Notes under the pieces: model-generated
Told to the model about the DNA's origin: nothing
Seen by the model: the letters and a program-made list of their open reading frames with translations, nothing else
The model's database searches: none
Made by a program: the position numbers and the translations under genes
Assembly (NCBI GenBank): GCA_019828565.1
Contig: JAHDYR010000024.1
Span: 6,434-70,433, forward strand
Origin: Carpediemonas membranifera BICM
Taxonomy: Eukaryota; Protista; Fornicata
Direction: 5' to 3'
DNA: 64,000 bases
In this document: positions 34,184 to 47,617 of the stretch, in pieces
How positions within the stretch are numbered: position 1 is the stretch's first letter
How the letters are laid out: each line of letters opens with the position of its first letter

Positions 34184-34407
34184 CCACCCCCTCCATTAAA
34201 CATCCGCGTTCGAGGGGAACGGCCGAGGCGAGACGGACTCGCCGGCCTGGATTCATCATTAATTCTTAACTCTGGTCGAGGCGAGATAGACTCGCCGGCC
34301 CAAAGCTTTAGTCCCACAGGGACGTCTTGCGGGATTGTCCCATTTTGGTTGGATTTAAGAGGAGGGCTCTCTGTTATAGAGCCACACTTTGTGGACCGCG
34401 AGTCGGG

Positions 34408-34453
34408 CGGAGTCAACGACCGCAAAGAGTGAAATAAAATTCGAGCGATGCAG
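34408..34453 (+). repeat. 46-bp target-site duplication, left copy (right copy 37992-38037)
   Basis: 45/46 identity; includes the last 12 nt of tRNA-Arg. Confidence 0.85.
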
Positions 34454-37400
34454 CATCAGAGAATGTCGGTAGATCACCGACGATCACAAGAAGGAGGTGG
34501 GAGAATCATCTTCACAAGGTCTCCTGATGTGCCTGGTGGTACATTAGGGATCCAGGAGGAGCTTCTCCACGTTATCTCCGAAATCCGCAAAAATTTCGCA
34601 CAATACGTCCCTGATGAGGTCGTGAACGACTTCAACAGTAATCAGGAACTATTTGACGCTTTGCAGAACGAAGCAAACGTTAGAACTTGGCTTGGAGACG
34701 GGAAGTCCCGTAAGAACAAACGTCTGACTCTCGCAAAACTGCGGGAGATCCTCGACAGAATTCGTGCAGTTGCCGTGGCATACGAGGGTCGCAATGCGCC
34801 CAACGTCACGAAGTCTCGCATGACAATGATCGATACAGCGCCTGCTCATGCAGCCGAAGTCGTGAGGACTGTCGCCCGGATCGCTGGTGCGCCTGTTGGG
34901 TCAACCGACACCGCCCGCGCCCTCAGCCCTTCACCCCAGACTCAGTCTGCCCCCGTCCCCCGCCCGCCGATTCCGAGCCAACCGCCGGCTCCGAGTCAGA
35001 CCCCTCAACGCCCAGCAAGCCAGGCAAGCGAGGGCCCGTCCAGCGTTACACTCGACGCGTCCCAGACGCCAGAGTTCAATCAGCGCAGAGCGACGGCCCC
35101 CGTCCGCCCAGACTGTTTCCTCGACCCAGCGAAGGCCCTCTTCCTGGGTAAGCTCGCCCCACCCAAGCGCCGTCGCGCCGGGTTCGCGGAGGGCTTGATC
35201 AGCCGCCTGAAGGCAATCGCCGACGCCGAAGGCACGGACGCCAAACTTGCTGCCGCCGCGAGACTGTGCTCGTACGCGCAGACCTTGTACGCACCCCCGA
35301 AGGTCTCGGCTCGCAGGCCGAGAGCCAACCGCACAAGGCGCGCGTGGAACTTGGCCATACGTGGCTTCATCTCCAAGGCAGTGACAACGATCACGGGGTC
35401 GGAGACGACCCTCACGCCTGACGAGATCAATCAGTCTCTGAAGGAGAAGCTGTCTTCTCCGACAGGGCTTGTGCCGAACATCTCCCTCCCCGACGTGCCG
35501 GCGAACCCGCTCAGTGCCATCACGGTCTCGCGCAAGCAGATCAAGGCCGCACTCATGAGCCTTTCGCCGGAATCCGCCCCTGGACCGTCGGGCCTGTCAG
35601 CGCTACACCTGCGCATTGCCGCGAGCGTGAGGCGTGGAGACCTCGTAGCCGCCTTGGAGCCTGTCTTGCAGGACATCCTGGACGGTGAGGAGTACACGTC
35701 GATCTTCGCACACGCGATCCTGGTGCCGGTGCCGAAGGATTGCGGTGGGGTCCGCCCTGTCGCAATAGGCGAGGTGCTGCGCCGGCTGGCGGCTAAGGTC
35801 GCCGCAACAGTCGTCTTCCCAAGGCTTGTCGTCGAGGATGAGTTGATGGGGGACCAATTCGGGCTTGGCGAATCAGCCGGCCTGGAGCGGCTGGAGACGG
35901 CCACGCTGAACGAGTACATGAACGGGAGCACCATCGTGACGTTGGACATGTCCAACGCGTATGGCACGATGTCCCGAGATTATCTCGTGAAGGTGGTCGA
36001 GGCATATATTCCCGTACTCGGCCCCTACCTCCGCCGAATGTACGCCAGCGGCTTGCTGCTGACGACGACTGGCGAGGTGTGGGCCTCGGAGGAGGGCATC
36101 CACCAGGGGATCCTCTCTCCCCACTCCTCTTCTCGCTGGGCATGTTCCCTCTGCTGACGCAGTTGCGCGGGGAATTCCCGGACTTCACTGTTCGCGGATA
36201 CCAGGATGACGTTTCGGCGTCCATCCCGAGCCCCCTGCAAGACTACGAGACGGGCCGGAAGGCGAATTCATTCGTCTCTCGGTCGGAGCAGCTCTTTGCG
36301 AGTGTTGGGATGCCGTTGAACCGGTCCAAGTGTGCGGTCGCTCATCGCGAGTCGCGGGACGACAACAACGCTTCGGACCAGGTGACGCGGGCGCAGTCTT
36401 TCAAGCTGGTGGGTATCCCCATCTCCGTCTCCTCAGCCTTCCACGTTGAGTGCTGTACCAAGATCCTGAAGAAGGTGAAGGCCGTGCTCGACGCCGCCAA
36501 GGAGCTCTGCCGGGAGATCGGGTCGAAGGCCACGGCGGTGGCTCTGACGATTGTCAGGGTGTCTGCGCTCACCATCCCCATACATTTCTACCGCAACGTT
36601 CTCCCCACGATCAAGTCTACCACAGGCCAGGGCAATTTGCTGGGCAAGACGGCCGTCTTTGAACGGCAGTGTATTGCCCCAGCCGTCTTGGACATCCTGC
36701 AAGACAAGATCACCGATGCGGAAGAGATGAAGAAGTTCTGCCGGCGGCTAGGGCTGCCGGTGCATGCGGGCGGTCTCGGCTTGCCGATGCCGCTCGATGT
36801 CTGGGCTCCCGCCTACCTGGGGGCCTCCCGGCATCTGCTGGAGTTTGGCCTCAGCCGGCCCGACCTGGATAAGGTCCTCGCGCTGGGCGCCAACGTGAAG
36901 GATTGGCCCAAGGATGAGGCAGCGCTGAAGGCGGTCGGCAAGGACAAGCCGCAGCACGAGTTGGTGTGCCTGTTGAAGGAACATAATTTCAACACCAACC
37001 CTGCGGTGAAGGACAGCGTCGTCGCGCCCAACATCATCAGCGCTATGCTCAAGTCCGACCCAGTCTCTGTCACGAGGCAGTCGAACCGCCACGAGGTCGA
37101 CCGGGCCATGATCGCCGACCACCTGGGCCGGCCCGCCTTTAGCGACGCGGCTGGAGTGTGCCCGATCTGCTCTGAGAAGCACAGTCGTACTGTGGCTATG
37201 AAGGGCTGGTCGCACGCGGTGGTGTGCCCGTGCCTACGCGGTGACGCAAAGGTGCAGCGGCATGACGCCATCCGGGACGAAGTGATCAGGACCCTCAAGG
37301 AGGAGGGCGTGGCAGCCAGGCCTGAGAGGTGGCTGACGCCGAAGTCTGCAGAGGCGAAGCATCCTTTGCGGCCGTACAGAGTGCGCATGGACGTCGAAGT

Positions 37401-37991
37401 CAGGCCCGACGAGGGCGGTGTGAAACCCGTCATTGACATCGTCTGCTCGGACTACGTCTCCGACGCGCGGGCTGATAAGGTGAAGCAGTATCAGCACTTC
37501 AACGTTGATATGGTGCCTGCTGTTGTCAGTTCGAGCGGCCGTTGCGCGCCCTGGAAGGCTGGCGGTGTGCCCTGGCCAGAGAGGCTGGTCGAGATGAAGC
37601 TGCTGGACAACGCGGCCAAGGATCGTCTCGTGGACCGGGTTTTCGTTGCCAATTGGAAGTGGCAGTGCAGAGCCATCGTGGATTGGCTGACACAAGCCCA
37701 AGCTGCTCGCGAACGCGCGGCTGCTGCTGGGCAGGACATTGTGAGTGAGTAAGAACGGGAATACCACAACATTTCGCTGTTTTGATCTCACTTTGGTTAC
37801 TTTCGTTGTCTTTTGCGGAGAATTAGCTCCTTTCAAGGAGTTTTGGTACGTTTTGTGCGAGTGGATGCGTGAAATTGCGCAAAATCGAGCCTTGGTGCTC
37901 AGATGCGCGCTGCTGCTGAAAGTGAACGCAAACCGTGTTCCTTTACGCCGTTTAACGCAGTAAGCCGCGAGAGCGCCATCGACGACCGAGT
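34454..37991 (+). mobile_element. Non-LTR retrotransposon, CRE/SLACS-like RLE type; single ORF ~34463-37752 with a G-run frameshift near 36106
   Basis: SAPGPSG; VRPVAIGE; DMSNAY; QG(D)PLSP; GYQDD; GGLG; CPIC..H..C; RHD; RMD..IDI..KVKQY. Confidence 0.88.
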
Positions 37992-38025
37992 CGGAGTCAA
38001 CGACCGCAAAGAGTGATATAAAATT

Positions 38026-38099
38026 CGAGCGATGCAGGACTCGAACCTGCAACCACCTGATCCGTAGTCAGGTACTCTATCCAATTGAGCCAACCGCCC
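38026..38099 (-). tRNA. tRNA-Arg(ACG)
   Basis: Full cloverleaf GGGCGGT...CCTGA CT ACG GA TCAGG...GGTTCGAGTCC...ATCGCTCG, followed by TTTT. Confidence 0.93.
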
Positions 38100-38102
38100 T
38101 TT

Positions 38103-38413
38103 TGGCAAGGCCAGCGGAGCCAAAACTTCGGCGCGAGAGGTCGAGGATGATTCGATACGATCTCAAAGACGGGATCGTGCGTCTCATAAGGGCGGTTCAG
38201 TTGTTCAAGAGCGAACTGAAACCGCGGGGCAGCCTTGCTCCCGATCCCCTCCTTCGGAGGGTGACGCTCGGCATTACGTAAGGTCGAGCGAGGTAATTTA
38301 CTCCGGCTTACACAGAGATAGACCCGGGACGATGCGAGAACGCGACACAATAAATTACCTACCCCCCCCCTGTGGGAATGGACGGAGTCTACCGGATCGT
38401 CAGCCTGTCTGAC
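38103..38413 (+). mobile_element. Solo A-X-B remnant of a YR retrotransposon
   Basis: Starts TGGCAAGGCCAGCG like E4 A; same spacer fold; C-run plus a B repeat similar to E5 B1. Confidence 0.75.
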
Positions 38414-38551
38414 GGCGGGGCACGCCTTCAATAGGACGTAGGGGTCCTGCGCCGGATACGGTTCGATTTGCTGATCTGATTCTGCGAAGAGGATCGAGAT
38501 CAACTCCGAGCAAGTCAGTTCGGACGAAGGGCAAAGGAATAAGCTTTAGAG

Positions 38552-39070
38552 ATGGCACCGACCAACAACGAGACACCTGAGCAACTGCAGGAGACCATTG
38601 AGCAACAACGGGACATCGAAGTAACTCCGAAGTCCAACGAGCAACTCGAGCAGGAGCTCAAGACCTTGCGGGGCCTTATTTCCAACCTTGAGGATGAACG
38701 GCGCTCCAACAACTGGACCCCTCCGCATTCGGACTCCATGCGAGGGGAATGGGCCTTCCTTCAGCGCCTCTACCGAGCCATTCGGTTTGACGCGTCCACC
38801 TCATCAACCGAGCTCCTCAACAGGCTCTACTCTCGCCAGAGGGCCCTTGCCATCAAGGACCGCTACGGGTTCCACGTAGGCCTGGCGGTGGAAACCGCCA
38901 CTGACGCTCTGCTCAGCGCTAAGCCAACTGCTACGGAGGCGATCATCGAGGAGAAGATCCTCTCCACCCTTTCCAAGATCCCCAGGCTTGGCGACCGCCA
39001 GCGTGAACGCGCTTCTTTTCAGCGCTCCCGTCGCCCACCGAAGCGAAGCGGCAAGCCCGCCAGAGATTAA
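38552..39070 (+). CDS. E3 gag-like ORF1
   Basis: RLYSRQRALAIKDRYG, homologous to E4/E5 ORF1. Confidence 0.8.
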   Translation: MAPTNNETPEQLQETIEQQRDIEVTPKSNEQLEQELKTLRGLISNLEDERRSNNWTPPHSDSMRGEWAFLQRLYRAIRFDASTSSTELLNRLYSRQRALAIKDRYGFHVGLAVETATDALLSAKPTATEAIIEEKILSTLSKIPRLGDRQRERASFQRSRRPPKRSGKPARD

Positions 39071-39201
39071 GAAAACATCCGAAAAGACTCTCTCTAGGCG
39101 ATCGCTCTCACTCTCTTGCCTCTCCCCACTCCTCCCCACCCATGCTGTCTGGAGGGGGTGTATGGGTGGCAGTATACACCTACGGAACAGAGGGGCTCTG
39201 T

Positions 39202-42200
39202 TGTGCCGGATGGCAGCAGAAAACGGGGAAATCCATTTACCTTAAAGTGCACTGGGAGTGAGGGAGATGCTGTGACATCTTGCCCCCCTAAGCCGAAGCT
39301 TATTGGCTCTAAGGTAAGCACGGGCGAGCGAGACTCCGGAGAGTGCAGTCGCCGGCTCATAGGTGGGTTCGTCGTAGCCTTCCCACTTCACCTTCAGTTC
39401 GAGGATGTCGTCCTTGACGCGGTGCTTGAGGATCTTCTCAACGATAAAAGTCTCCTCGTCTGAGGAAGCTAGCTGGCGGAGCTTGTTGAAGTGGTAGTTC
39501 ACGTGGAACGGGAGCAGGTGATCCCGGTGGACGGTTGTGGTGGTGTTCGTGATGATGTCGGCGATAACGACGGCCTTGTGGTCGAGGATCTCGAGGATCT
39601 TGTAGGGTCCCAGGTGACCGTGCAACTTGGGGGTCCTGTTGCGCTGTACGAGGACTAGGTCACCTGGCTTGAGCTCGGTCTCTGCGGTCTTTCCTTTGGC
39701 AAGGCGCTTCTCGACAACCTTACGTTGCGTCTCCTCCCCCTTCTTGGAAAGGGACTTCAGGTGGTTAGTGAGGTTGTCTAGGTATTCACGATGGGAGGAT
39801 AGGATTGTCTCGGAAGCTGTAGGGTCAGTCGGGGCGAGTAGCCGGGCTCTAGTGGCGGACGGGTCCAAATGCTCGCCGTAAAGCATGCTGTGGGGGGTGA
39901 GGCCTGTGGCAGAGCAGATAAAAGTGTTCAGCAAAAGCTGAACGGCAGGGAGAAGCCTGATCCACTCGTCAAACTTGTTAAAGTTGAGCGTGAGGCAGCG
40001 GAGGTGCTTCATCACTTCGGCGTTACGGCGTTCAACAACGCCGTTGGACTGGGGATGATACGGGAGAGTGTGTTGTTCGGTGATCTCGGCATCAGACAGG
40101 AGGGCCTTGATCACGGCACCAGTGTACTCCGGCCCGTTGTCAGCCTTAATGGCGGCAGGGATGCCATGACGGCAGACAAGTTGTTGCCAGATGGCAGAGG
40201 CAGCGGCATCGGCAGTGTTCTCATCGCTGGCATATAACTCCGTGTACCTGGTGAACATATCAACAAGGACGAAGATGTACTTGCGGCCGAACATGTCTGC
40301 GGGGATGGGGCCTATGGTGTCAATGGCGACCGTGTGGAAAGGCTTATACACGGCCGTGGTCCCTAGGCTTGACTGAGCGAACTCAGAGAGTCTAGCCTTG
40401 AGACAGATCGGACAGGAGTGGACGTAGGCGGCGATCTCTTGAGTCGCGCTGACCCAGGTGTAGCCGTCATCGCGGAGGCGGGTGTACGTGGCTCTAGCTC
40501 CGTGGTGGCCACGGTGAGCGATGGCAATAAGCTCTTGGCGTAAGCCCTTCGTTTGATCACAGGTCGGGATCATGCAGGCTCCGTTCCGGCGTCGGAGACC
40601 ATCAGCGTCTACCGGCAGCTTGCTGATCTCCGGGTCCTCTCCTTGGAAGTGTGCCAGTCTGTCCTTGAACCGGGCATCGACAGATATGGCGGCGACGGGT
40701 TGGGCTGTAGTCTGGCCGTGGCCATACCGGCTGAGCGAATCAGCTATGACGTTATCCTTCCCGGGAACGTGTGTGATTTCAAAGTTGAAGTCGGCTAGCG
40801 TCAGACGCCAGCGGAGGATCTTGTCGTTCGTCGCGGACTTGTAGATCATGTAGATCAGATTACGGTGGTCTGTTCTGAGGGTTACATGCTTCACGCGCAG
40901 AAGGTGGGTGAGGGAGGGGTGCGTGAAGGCGTATACGATGGCGAAAAGTTCCTGTTCGCAGGTAGCCCATCTGGTCTGGGTGGGGGTGAACGTATGAGAG
41001 AAATAGGCCAGCACTTGTCTGCCCGAGTTGTCGTTGGGAGTCTGGTAGAGTACACCTCCGGCTCCGACATTGGAAGCGTCGGTCTCGAGGGTCCAAGGAA
41101 GGGACAAGTCTGGGTGAGCGATGAAGAGGTCATCGGTGAAGAGGGACTTAAGGGTGTTGAAAGCCTCAGTCTCGGCTGGGCCGAAGCTGAAGACGGCGTC
41201 CTTCTCTAGGAGAGCGGTAAGGGGCTTGAACAGCTCATGGCGTTTCTCTGAGATGAATGAGGCTAAGAACTGGAACTTGCCGAGCACGGTCCTGAGCCCG
41301 TGGACATCAGTGGGGAGGGGAAGCTCTCGTAGGGCGCGGGTGCGCTCAGGGTCTACGTGAACTCCAGCCTTGTCGACAATGAAACCAACTATGGGGGCCT
41401 CGGAATAGCCTATTCGGCACTTCTTTGCGCCTAGGCGGACGTTGGCTTCTTCCAGGCGAGTGAGGGTGTCATCGAGAAGCTTGAGGAAAAGTTCCTCGGA
41501 GGAGTACATGAAGAGGTCATCGATGTACGGGTCAACCCCCTTATGGAGGATGGGCCCGAGGATAGTCTCGATACCTCGCTGGAAATGCGACGGGGCATTG
41601 GCAAGCCCAAAAGGCATCCTGGTGAACTGTTCATGCACGCCAGGGGCGATGAACGCGGTCTTCTCCTTGTCCTCGTCAGCCATAGGCACCTGCCAATAGC
41701 CTGAGGTCAGGTCCAGGGCGGCAAATCGGTCGCACCCACTTGCTCGGCGAAGGAACTCGCGCATGTTGGGGAGGGGGTGTCGATCACGGGTGGTGTGGCT
41801 GTTGAGTAGGACATAGTCGATGCAAAGCCGCCAAGCGTCCCCCTTTCGCACGAGGACTACTGGACTGGCATATGGGCCGGTGTTGGCCTCGGTGATGCCC
41901 TTGTCGCGTAAGTCTGAGACATGATCGTGCAGCCACTCCGTCTTGGCTGGAGCCAGAGGGCGTGGCTTCATGTTGACAATGTAGCCGTCGGTCGGGATGG
42001 TCATGGGGGGGAAGGCTGCCGGCTCTTCGGGGAGGTTTGGATCGAACACGGCGTCATGCTTGCGGAGGATCTCACGGATAGGGTCGTGTAGTTGATCAGG
42101 ACATACGTCCACTTCATCGCTGAAGAACTGTGGAGCAGCTGAGGCTTCAGCGACAGGGACTGGGTCTAGGTACTTGTGGGGAGGGAGCCCTTCGGTGGTC

Positions 42201-43781
42201 TGGGGGTCTTCGTTGCAGTCGACGCCTGTAGGGACGAAGAGGCCCTTGGCGCTGAGGAAGCCAAGAGCTCTGAGGATATCACAACCAACGAGTATGTGAT
42301 CATCGTCGCGTTCGATTACGTGGAAGGTGGCCTCGGTAGTGACCATGGCGTTGCCCGCAGATGGAAGGCTCAGACTCACCTTTGCTACGCCCTTCGTCAT
42401 AAAAAGCTGCTTATTGACGTCCAACAGAGCAATTGAGACGGATGTGTCGATCGTGGCCTTGAGGCGCTCGGCCAACAACTGCGAAATACAGCTTGGGGCG
42501 GAACCGGAATCAATCAGGATTGTCTGCGTCTCGCCGTTGACTTTCCCTTGGACGGTGAAGTAGGATGAGTCGGGCTGTGGTTCGTCGACAGACTGCACCG
42601 GCTGGGCATGGGCGGTCTCATGCACTGGTCTTCCCTTCTTGAGGGTGCTGCTGGGGCGGAGGTTCATCCTACCAGCGCGGCGGTCGGACTGCTGAGTGGG
42701 ATCCGCATTTGGTTGAGGCACTGGCAGCTGGCGGTTGGCGTTGCCCGAAGTATGTCGGGCTTGGGTATGTGGCTGTTGCTTGTCATGCTGGCCGGTCGGT
42801 TGTGCCGGGTGCGGCGACTGGTTGGACTGCTGGGTGGAGCCTCGCTGGGCGGCGTCGGCCTTAGGGCACTGCCACCTCCAATGCCAACCACCACAGAATG
42901 GGCAGGGGGTCTTGGAGGGTGTGGCCGGGAGCCCATGTGTTCGGCCTATGGCGGGGCGGCCTTGGCGGCTCTGCCCGCCACCTTGGCGAGGGCGGTCAAC
43001 GGAGGTCAACACGGCAGCTGACGTGGTGGACGGTGTCAAAGACGAGATGTCGAGGCCTGCCAGATCGCTTGCCAGCGCCTGGAGGCGCTCGACCTCGGTC
43101 TTCACGATCTGAACGGTATCCTCGAACAGGCGAGCGCCTTGTAGCTCAACCTCGGTCTTGAGGCGAGCTTGAAGCTCACTTGGCCTGATGGCGGCGAGGA
43201 GTACACGGGCGGCGACCTTGCTCAGGCCCCGATGAGCGGGGCTAGGCCCGGATGGCGAGGAGCCCAGTAGCTCAGCGAGAGCGTCTACGTCGGGGTCGTC
43301 ATCATCAGCTTCAGGCTTGGGCGGGTCGTGGTCGGGGATGAACGTTAGAGCGTGCTTGTAGAGCGCACGGAGCTCTCGGACGTACAAGAGGATCGAGTGA
43401 AGCTTGTTGTCGTGATTAGGCATCTGGAGGGCACGCATTGCTCGGAGGCATCCATTGAGTGTTGGAGGTAGGAGGTGCGTGAGGAGAGAAGCCTCGATAT
43501 CTTCAATGGTTGCGGAAGAGAGATCAACTTCATATACGAAGCTCAAGGACATCAAGAATCTCTTCTGAAATACAGTCGGATGGCGAAAGAGTTGGAAATT
43601 GGGCTTTGAGGACTCGGAAGTGCCGAGTGAAGGTTCTGATCGTAACAGGATCTAGATCAGATAGGAACAGATGATTCTGCGTTACCATTTTCCAGGAGTG
43701 ATCACTGTGCCGGATGGCAGCAGAAAACGGGGAAATCCATTTACCTTAAAGTGCACTGGGAGTGAGGGAGATGCTGTGACA
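39202..43781 (-). mobile_element. Complete Ty3/gypsy chromodomain element G2
   Basis: Identical 76-bp LTRs at 39202-39277 and 43706-43781 (TG..CA); TSD CTGT; PPT AGGGGGGCAAGA. Confidence 0.95.
39242..43688 (-). CDS. G2 gag-pol (PR-RT-RH-IN-chromodomain); probable true ATG at 43688 with a 1-nt indel near 43548
   Basis: CPFCGGWH; IDSGS; YIDD; TDAS; HHG..CPIC; ADNG; KVKWEGY. Confidence 0.92.
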
Positions 43782-44695
43782 CTGTCAAAAATGTCCGATT
43801 TAGAACGTCTTACTCTGGCACCATGTAGCCCCCTTCCTGATGCACCTTTGAGCACGTGCTTGGCCTGCGATAATTACTTGGCGTCCCGTAAAGCCCAAAA
43901 ATTAATCAAATCGTCATCAAATGCGAATTAAAGATGCTGATATTGCTCATGAAACGACTCTGCTGATCAGCTGGGACTCTACGCGGCGATATGGCATGGC
44001 AAGTCTCTACACTTTGGAGACAATTCGGTCCCATGGTTCCTACCTTGACCCACGTTGTCTCGCGCGCGCGAGGGACTCACTAAAAGGATATATCAACACT
44101 GGGAGCAGAAAAAAGGCACGGCGAGATGCAGGCGCTGTTGCTGAGCTCATTTTCCGGATAAGACCCGTTTTACCTCAACCCATTCATATTGGCGGCTGTT
44201 GCTTCGTTTTTGATCAAATCAAATGGAAACCAAAACGAGATCCGGGAAACGAGGATGATTGGGAGAGATAGACACATCATAAGGTCTTTAATATAGTAAT
44301 GCACCGTCAATGAGAAGTTCTTGGTTCCTGAAATGGATTATTGATCCCAAACGCTTTTCTTTGAGGATAACGCACTTATAGCGGTGATTTCCACACAATT
44401 CATCCAAATGCTGATCAAAACATCAGAACTGCAAGTAAAATGGGTATAGATCGTTTATCCACGGAGATATCAATTGCTCCCAATCCCAGCTTGCAAGAAA
44501 AAAGTTAAGGGGCTGTATTGGGGCTTGCACTGATATCTCTATATATGCCGACACAGTCACTGGGCTGCCCATCACTGAACAGCTCTAGCCCAATACAAAA
44601 ACTTGAGGGCTCGAAGTTTTGGCCTTCTCGGAAAAGGGTGGCAGTATACTGCTACTTTTCTTTGCTTGAGTAGCTGTATTACACCCCCTCCAGAC

Positions 44696-46586
44696 CTACC
44701 TTACAGGATCCCCGAGGAGCAGCGAAATGCGCTCGTCCATTGGCAGAAGCTTCTCAACAACCATACTCCACGTCCCCTGAAAGAACTACTTTCCATTTGG
44801 GGCACTTCCAGCAACCTGGACGTTACGATAGCCTCAGATGCTTCGAAATTCGCGGCAGGAGCCGTCATCAGCATCGATGGAGCGAAGAAGACGATCTCTG
44901 TACCAACAAGCACCAACAAGGACCGTCATATAACGGAGCTGGAGTTCTTCGCTGCAATGGAGGCCATCAACTTCGTGCTGCAGGAGACAGCGGTCTCGGA
45001 CCGCGAGATCCGCGTATTCTCGGACTCTACGGCGGCTGTGGCGTGGCTCAACAGGCAGGGCTCGTCCCGCTGCCCTCAAGCAGTCATTGCAGAGCTCCAT
45101 CGCATCCTCCCGCGCCTGAGAGCCAGAGGACTGCTACTCAGGGCGGTGCACGTGAGCGGGCACCTGAATGTACGCCCGGATCGGCTGTCACGGCTCAGCA
45201 AGGTCGATTGGGGCACGCCACAGGTGGTCCTCGACCATATCATCGACTCTTGGGGGCCTCTACAGGTGGACGTCACAGCACAGGAAGGCAAGACGCTGCA
45301 GATCGGGGCAAACCCGCTCATGCCCCTTACTCGCGCGCAGGATGGTCTCTCATCCCGGTGGGAGGGCCTCAGAGTCTACGCAGCACCCCCGTGGGCCCTC
45401 ATCCCGGCCACTCTATCGAAGCTGGCCTCCATCACCACCCCCTCACAGGACGGAGATCCCTCCAGCTGGTCATCAATGGCAGTAGTGCTCGTGCCGGACA
45501 TAGTGTCGGCCGCGACCCTCGCCCTCAAGCGCTTAACGCCCCACAGGCGGTACTTCCGCCTTCCTCCGGGCTCATTCGATGGGACAGAGCTACAGAGGAC
45601 GGCACGGGCCGATGGCACGGTCAGACTGATGGCTCTCGCGTTCCGGCTGAAGCCTTCAACACCCTCGTTGGACACCCCAGGCTCGGAGGCCTCTCAGACT
45701 CCTACAAACGCCACATCGCGGGTACTCTGGTGACATTCGTCGACTTAGCCTCAACAACACCCACGGTAGAGCAGGTAGCTACCTGGGTGCGGCAGCAGAG
45801 AGCCTCCTGCAGCGAGACCACGATCATGCGGAAGGCCCAGCTCATCATCACTCATGGGCCAGACATCTTGGGCATCCAGCTCCCTGAACACTTCCGTCCG
45901 GCCATTAAGGAGGCCGCAAGGGCGCAGCCGGCAAGCCGATCGGTCAGGCCCCACCCATAAGACTGCCACTCTTCCACAAAGCACTGTCAGAGGCAGCCGC
46001 CTCCGGGCCCCTACCGAAGACGTGGGTGCAAGCCTTCGCCTTCTCACTAGTGGCCTACTCGACGACCTCAAGACCAGGCGAGATCTTCGGATTGACAGGA
46101 GGAGACGTGAAGCCCGCGGGCGCGCGCGGTATAACGATCCGTATTCAGGCGACTAAGACCGGGAGGTCTAAAGTGCTCAAGCTCGTACCGGACGTGCGGG
46201 GTCACCCGCTTTCCCCTGCGCTGTGGCTGGCCCGTCACATTCAGAACCTCCCTCAATCTGATCTGAACGAATCTATCTGGCGTGCGCCGCGTGTCGATGG
46301 CTCGCTCTCATCCACGCCCATCTCCTTCGACCTACTTGGAGACTACATGGCTGGCGTCTTCCACAGAGTCAGCATCCGGGCTCACGGGCTTAGGCGCGGC
46401 TCAGCCGCCGACCTAGTCCTGGCGGGCGTTTCTCCCTATGTAGTCGCAGCCAAGGGTACATGGGCCGACATCAATTCGATGCTCCGCTATATCGACGACA
46501 CGATGAGACTTGACCGCGCAACGTCGGCAAAGTGTTTCACGCCCCACATGGCACAGGGGCTGCCGGACAAGATTGAGTTCGAGTGA
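44696..46586 (+). pseudogene. E3 RNase H/MT remnant and tyrosine recombinase (frameshift near 45942)
   Basis: SDAS; YAAPPW; SRPGE; ATKT; HGLRRG; GTW; LRY. Confidence 0.85.
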
Positions 46587-47617
46587 AAGAGAGACTGCAA
46601 GAGAGCAGCAAGGGGCCCATCAGCCGGGACGGGTGGTCTGGGGAGGCTACCTCGCCCTCGGCCGGGCCCTATCGCGTGGACCAAGTGTGGTCGCGATAAA
46701 TTTTGAGAGAGTTATGTTGTTGGCGACCGGGATTCCCCATGGGTTCACATTTGACATACCCAATGTCTGCTTGTCAGACTGGCGGGGCACGCCTTCAATA
46801 GGACGTAGGAGTCCTGCGCCGGATACGGTTCGATTTGCTGATTCTGCGAAGAGGATCGAGATCAACTCCGAGCAAGTCAGTTCGGACGAAGGGCAAAGGA
46901 ATAAGCTTTAGAGATGGCACCGAACCGCGATTCGAATCTGGTAGCTCGAGACAGGAGAAACTGAATTTGTTTCCCTCGTCAGACGAGCTGACGAGTCGGC
47001 AGACTCTGTCTTAACCATCCGGGGGGGGGGTGAACAATTTACTGTGATCTTCTGTAGCACTATGTAAACAGGAAATTGTTCCGCCGGGCCCTTACTGGGA
47101 CCCAGACTCACTCCCCTCGAAAGGGGAGGATTGGCAGCCAGGCTGCATTGCGACTTATTTCGCTTCTCCTTCGTTCTCTGGGTTCCTGATTTGATCTGGT
47201 CCTGATTTGGCCTCAATCTGATGCGAATCAGAATGCCTCGACCGCTCAGCCGAAGATTGTCCACTACGCTGGCCTTGCCAGTCAGACGAGCTGACGAGTC
47301 GGCAGACTCTGTCTTAACCATCCGGGACTCGTCGCCGCCACGATCCCTGGCTCATTTTCTCTATCCATCATTTGACTGGATCAAATTTGGCGCACATCAT
47401 CTTGGATTCTTAAACCTCCCGACGGTTCCTCTGTATTCCACCCGTGCAGGTGGAGAGCTCGAAAAACGTGCCTAGAGGTCTCAACACCGCCTGGTTGCCG
47501 AGATACGGCACTTTTGATATTTTCTCTCTCTTTTGAGCGTATATCGCCGTAGTTTCGCTAGAATCCGTGCGTAACCTCTCTAAGGTATCTCCCTACACTA
47601 TAAGGAACTCAATATCA

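Larger units (their letters stand above)
30931..34410 (+). mobile_element. YR retrotransposon E2, abutting B2 of E1; 3' repeats truncated
   Basis: gag-like 31015-31497, RT 31512-33308, YR 31433-34183. Confidence 0.9.
39147..44695. mobile_element. Non-autonomous TIR element (~1 kb net of G2)
   Basis: 16-bp perfect TIRs GTCTGGAGGGGGTGTA at 39147-39162 and 44680-44695, bounding non-E3 sequence. Confidence 0.65.

Noticed and set aside
29655-37439. Antisense ORFs such as 29655-30473, 35431-35967 and 36813-37439
   Set aside because: Shadows of GC-rich coding strands, with no motifs
43675-43690. TGGTAAC as a tRNA PBS of G2
   Set aside because: It lies 18 nt from the LTR and is the gag start ATG GTA AC
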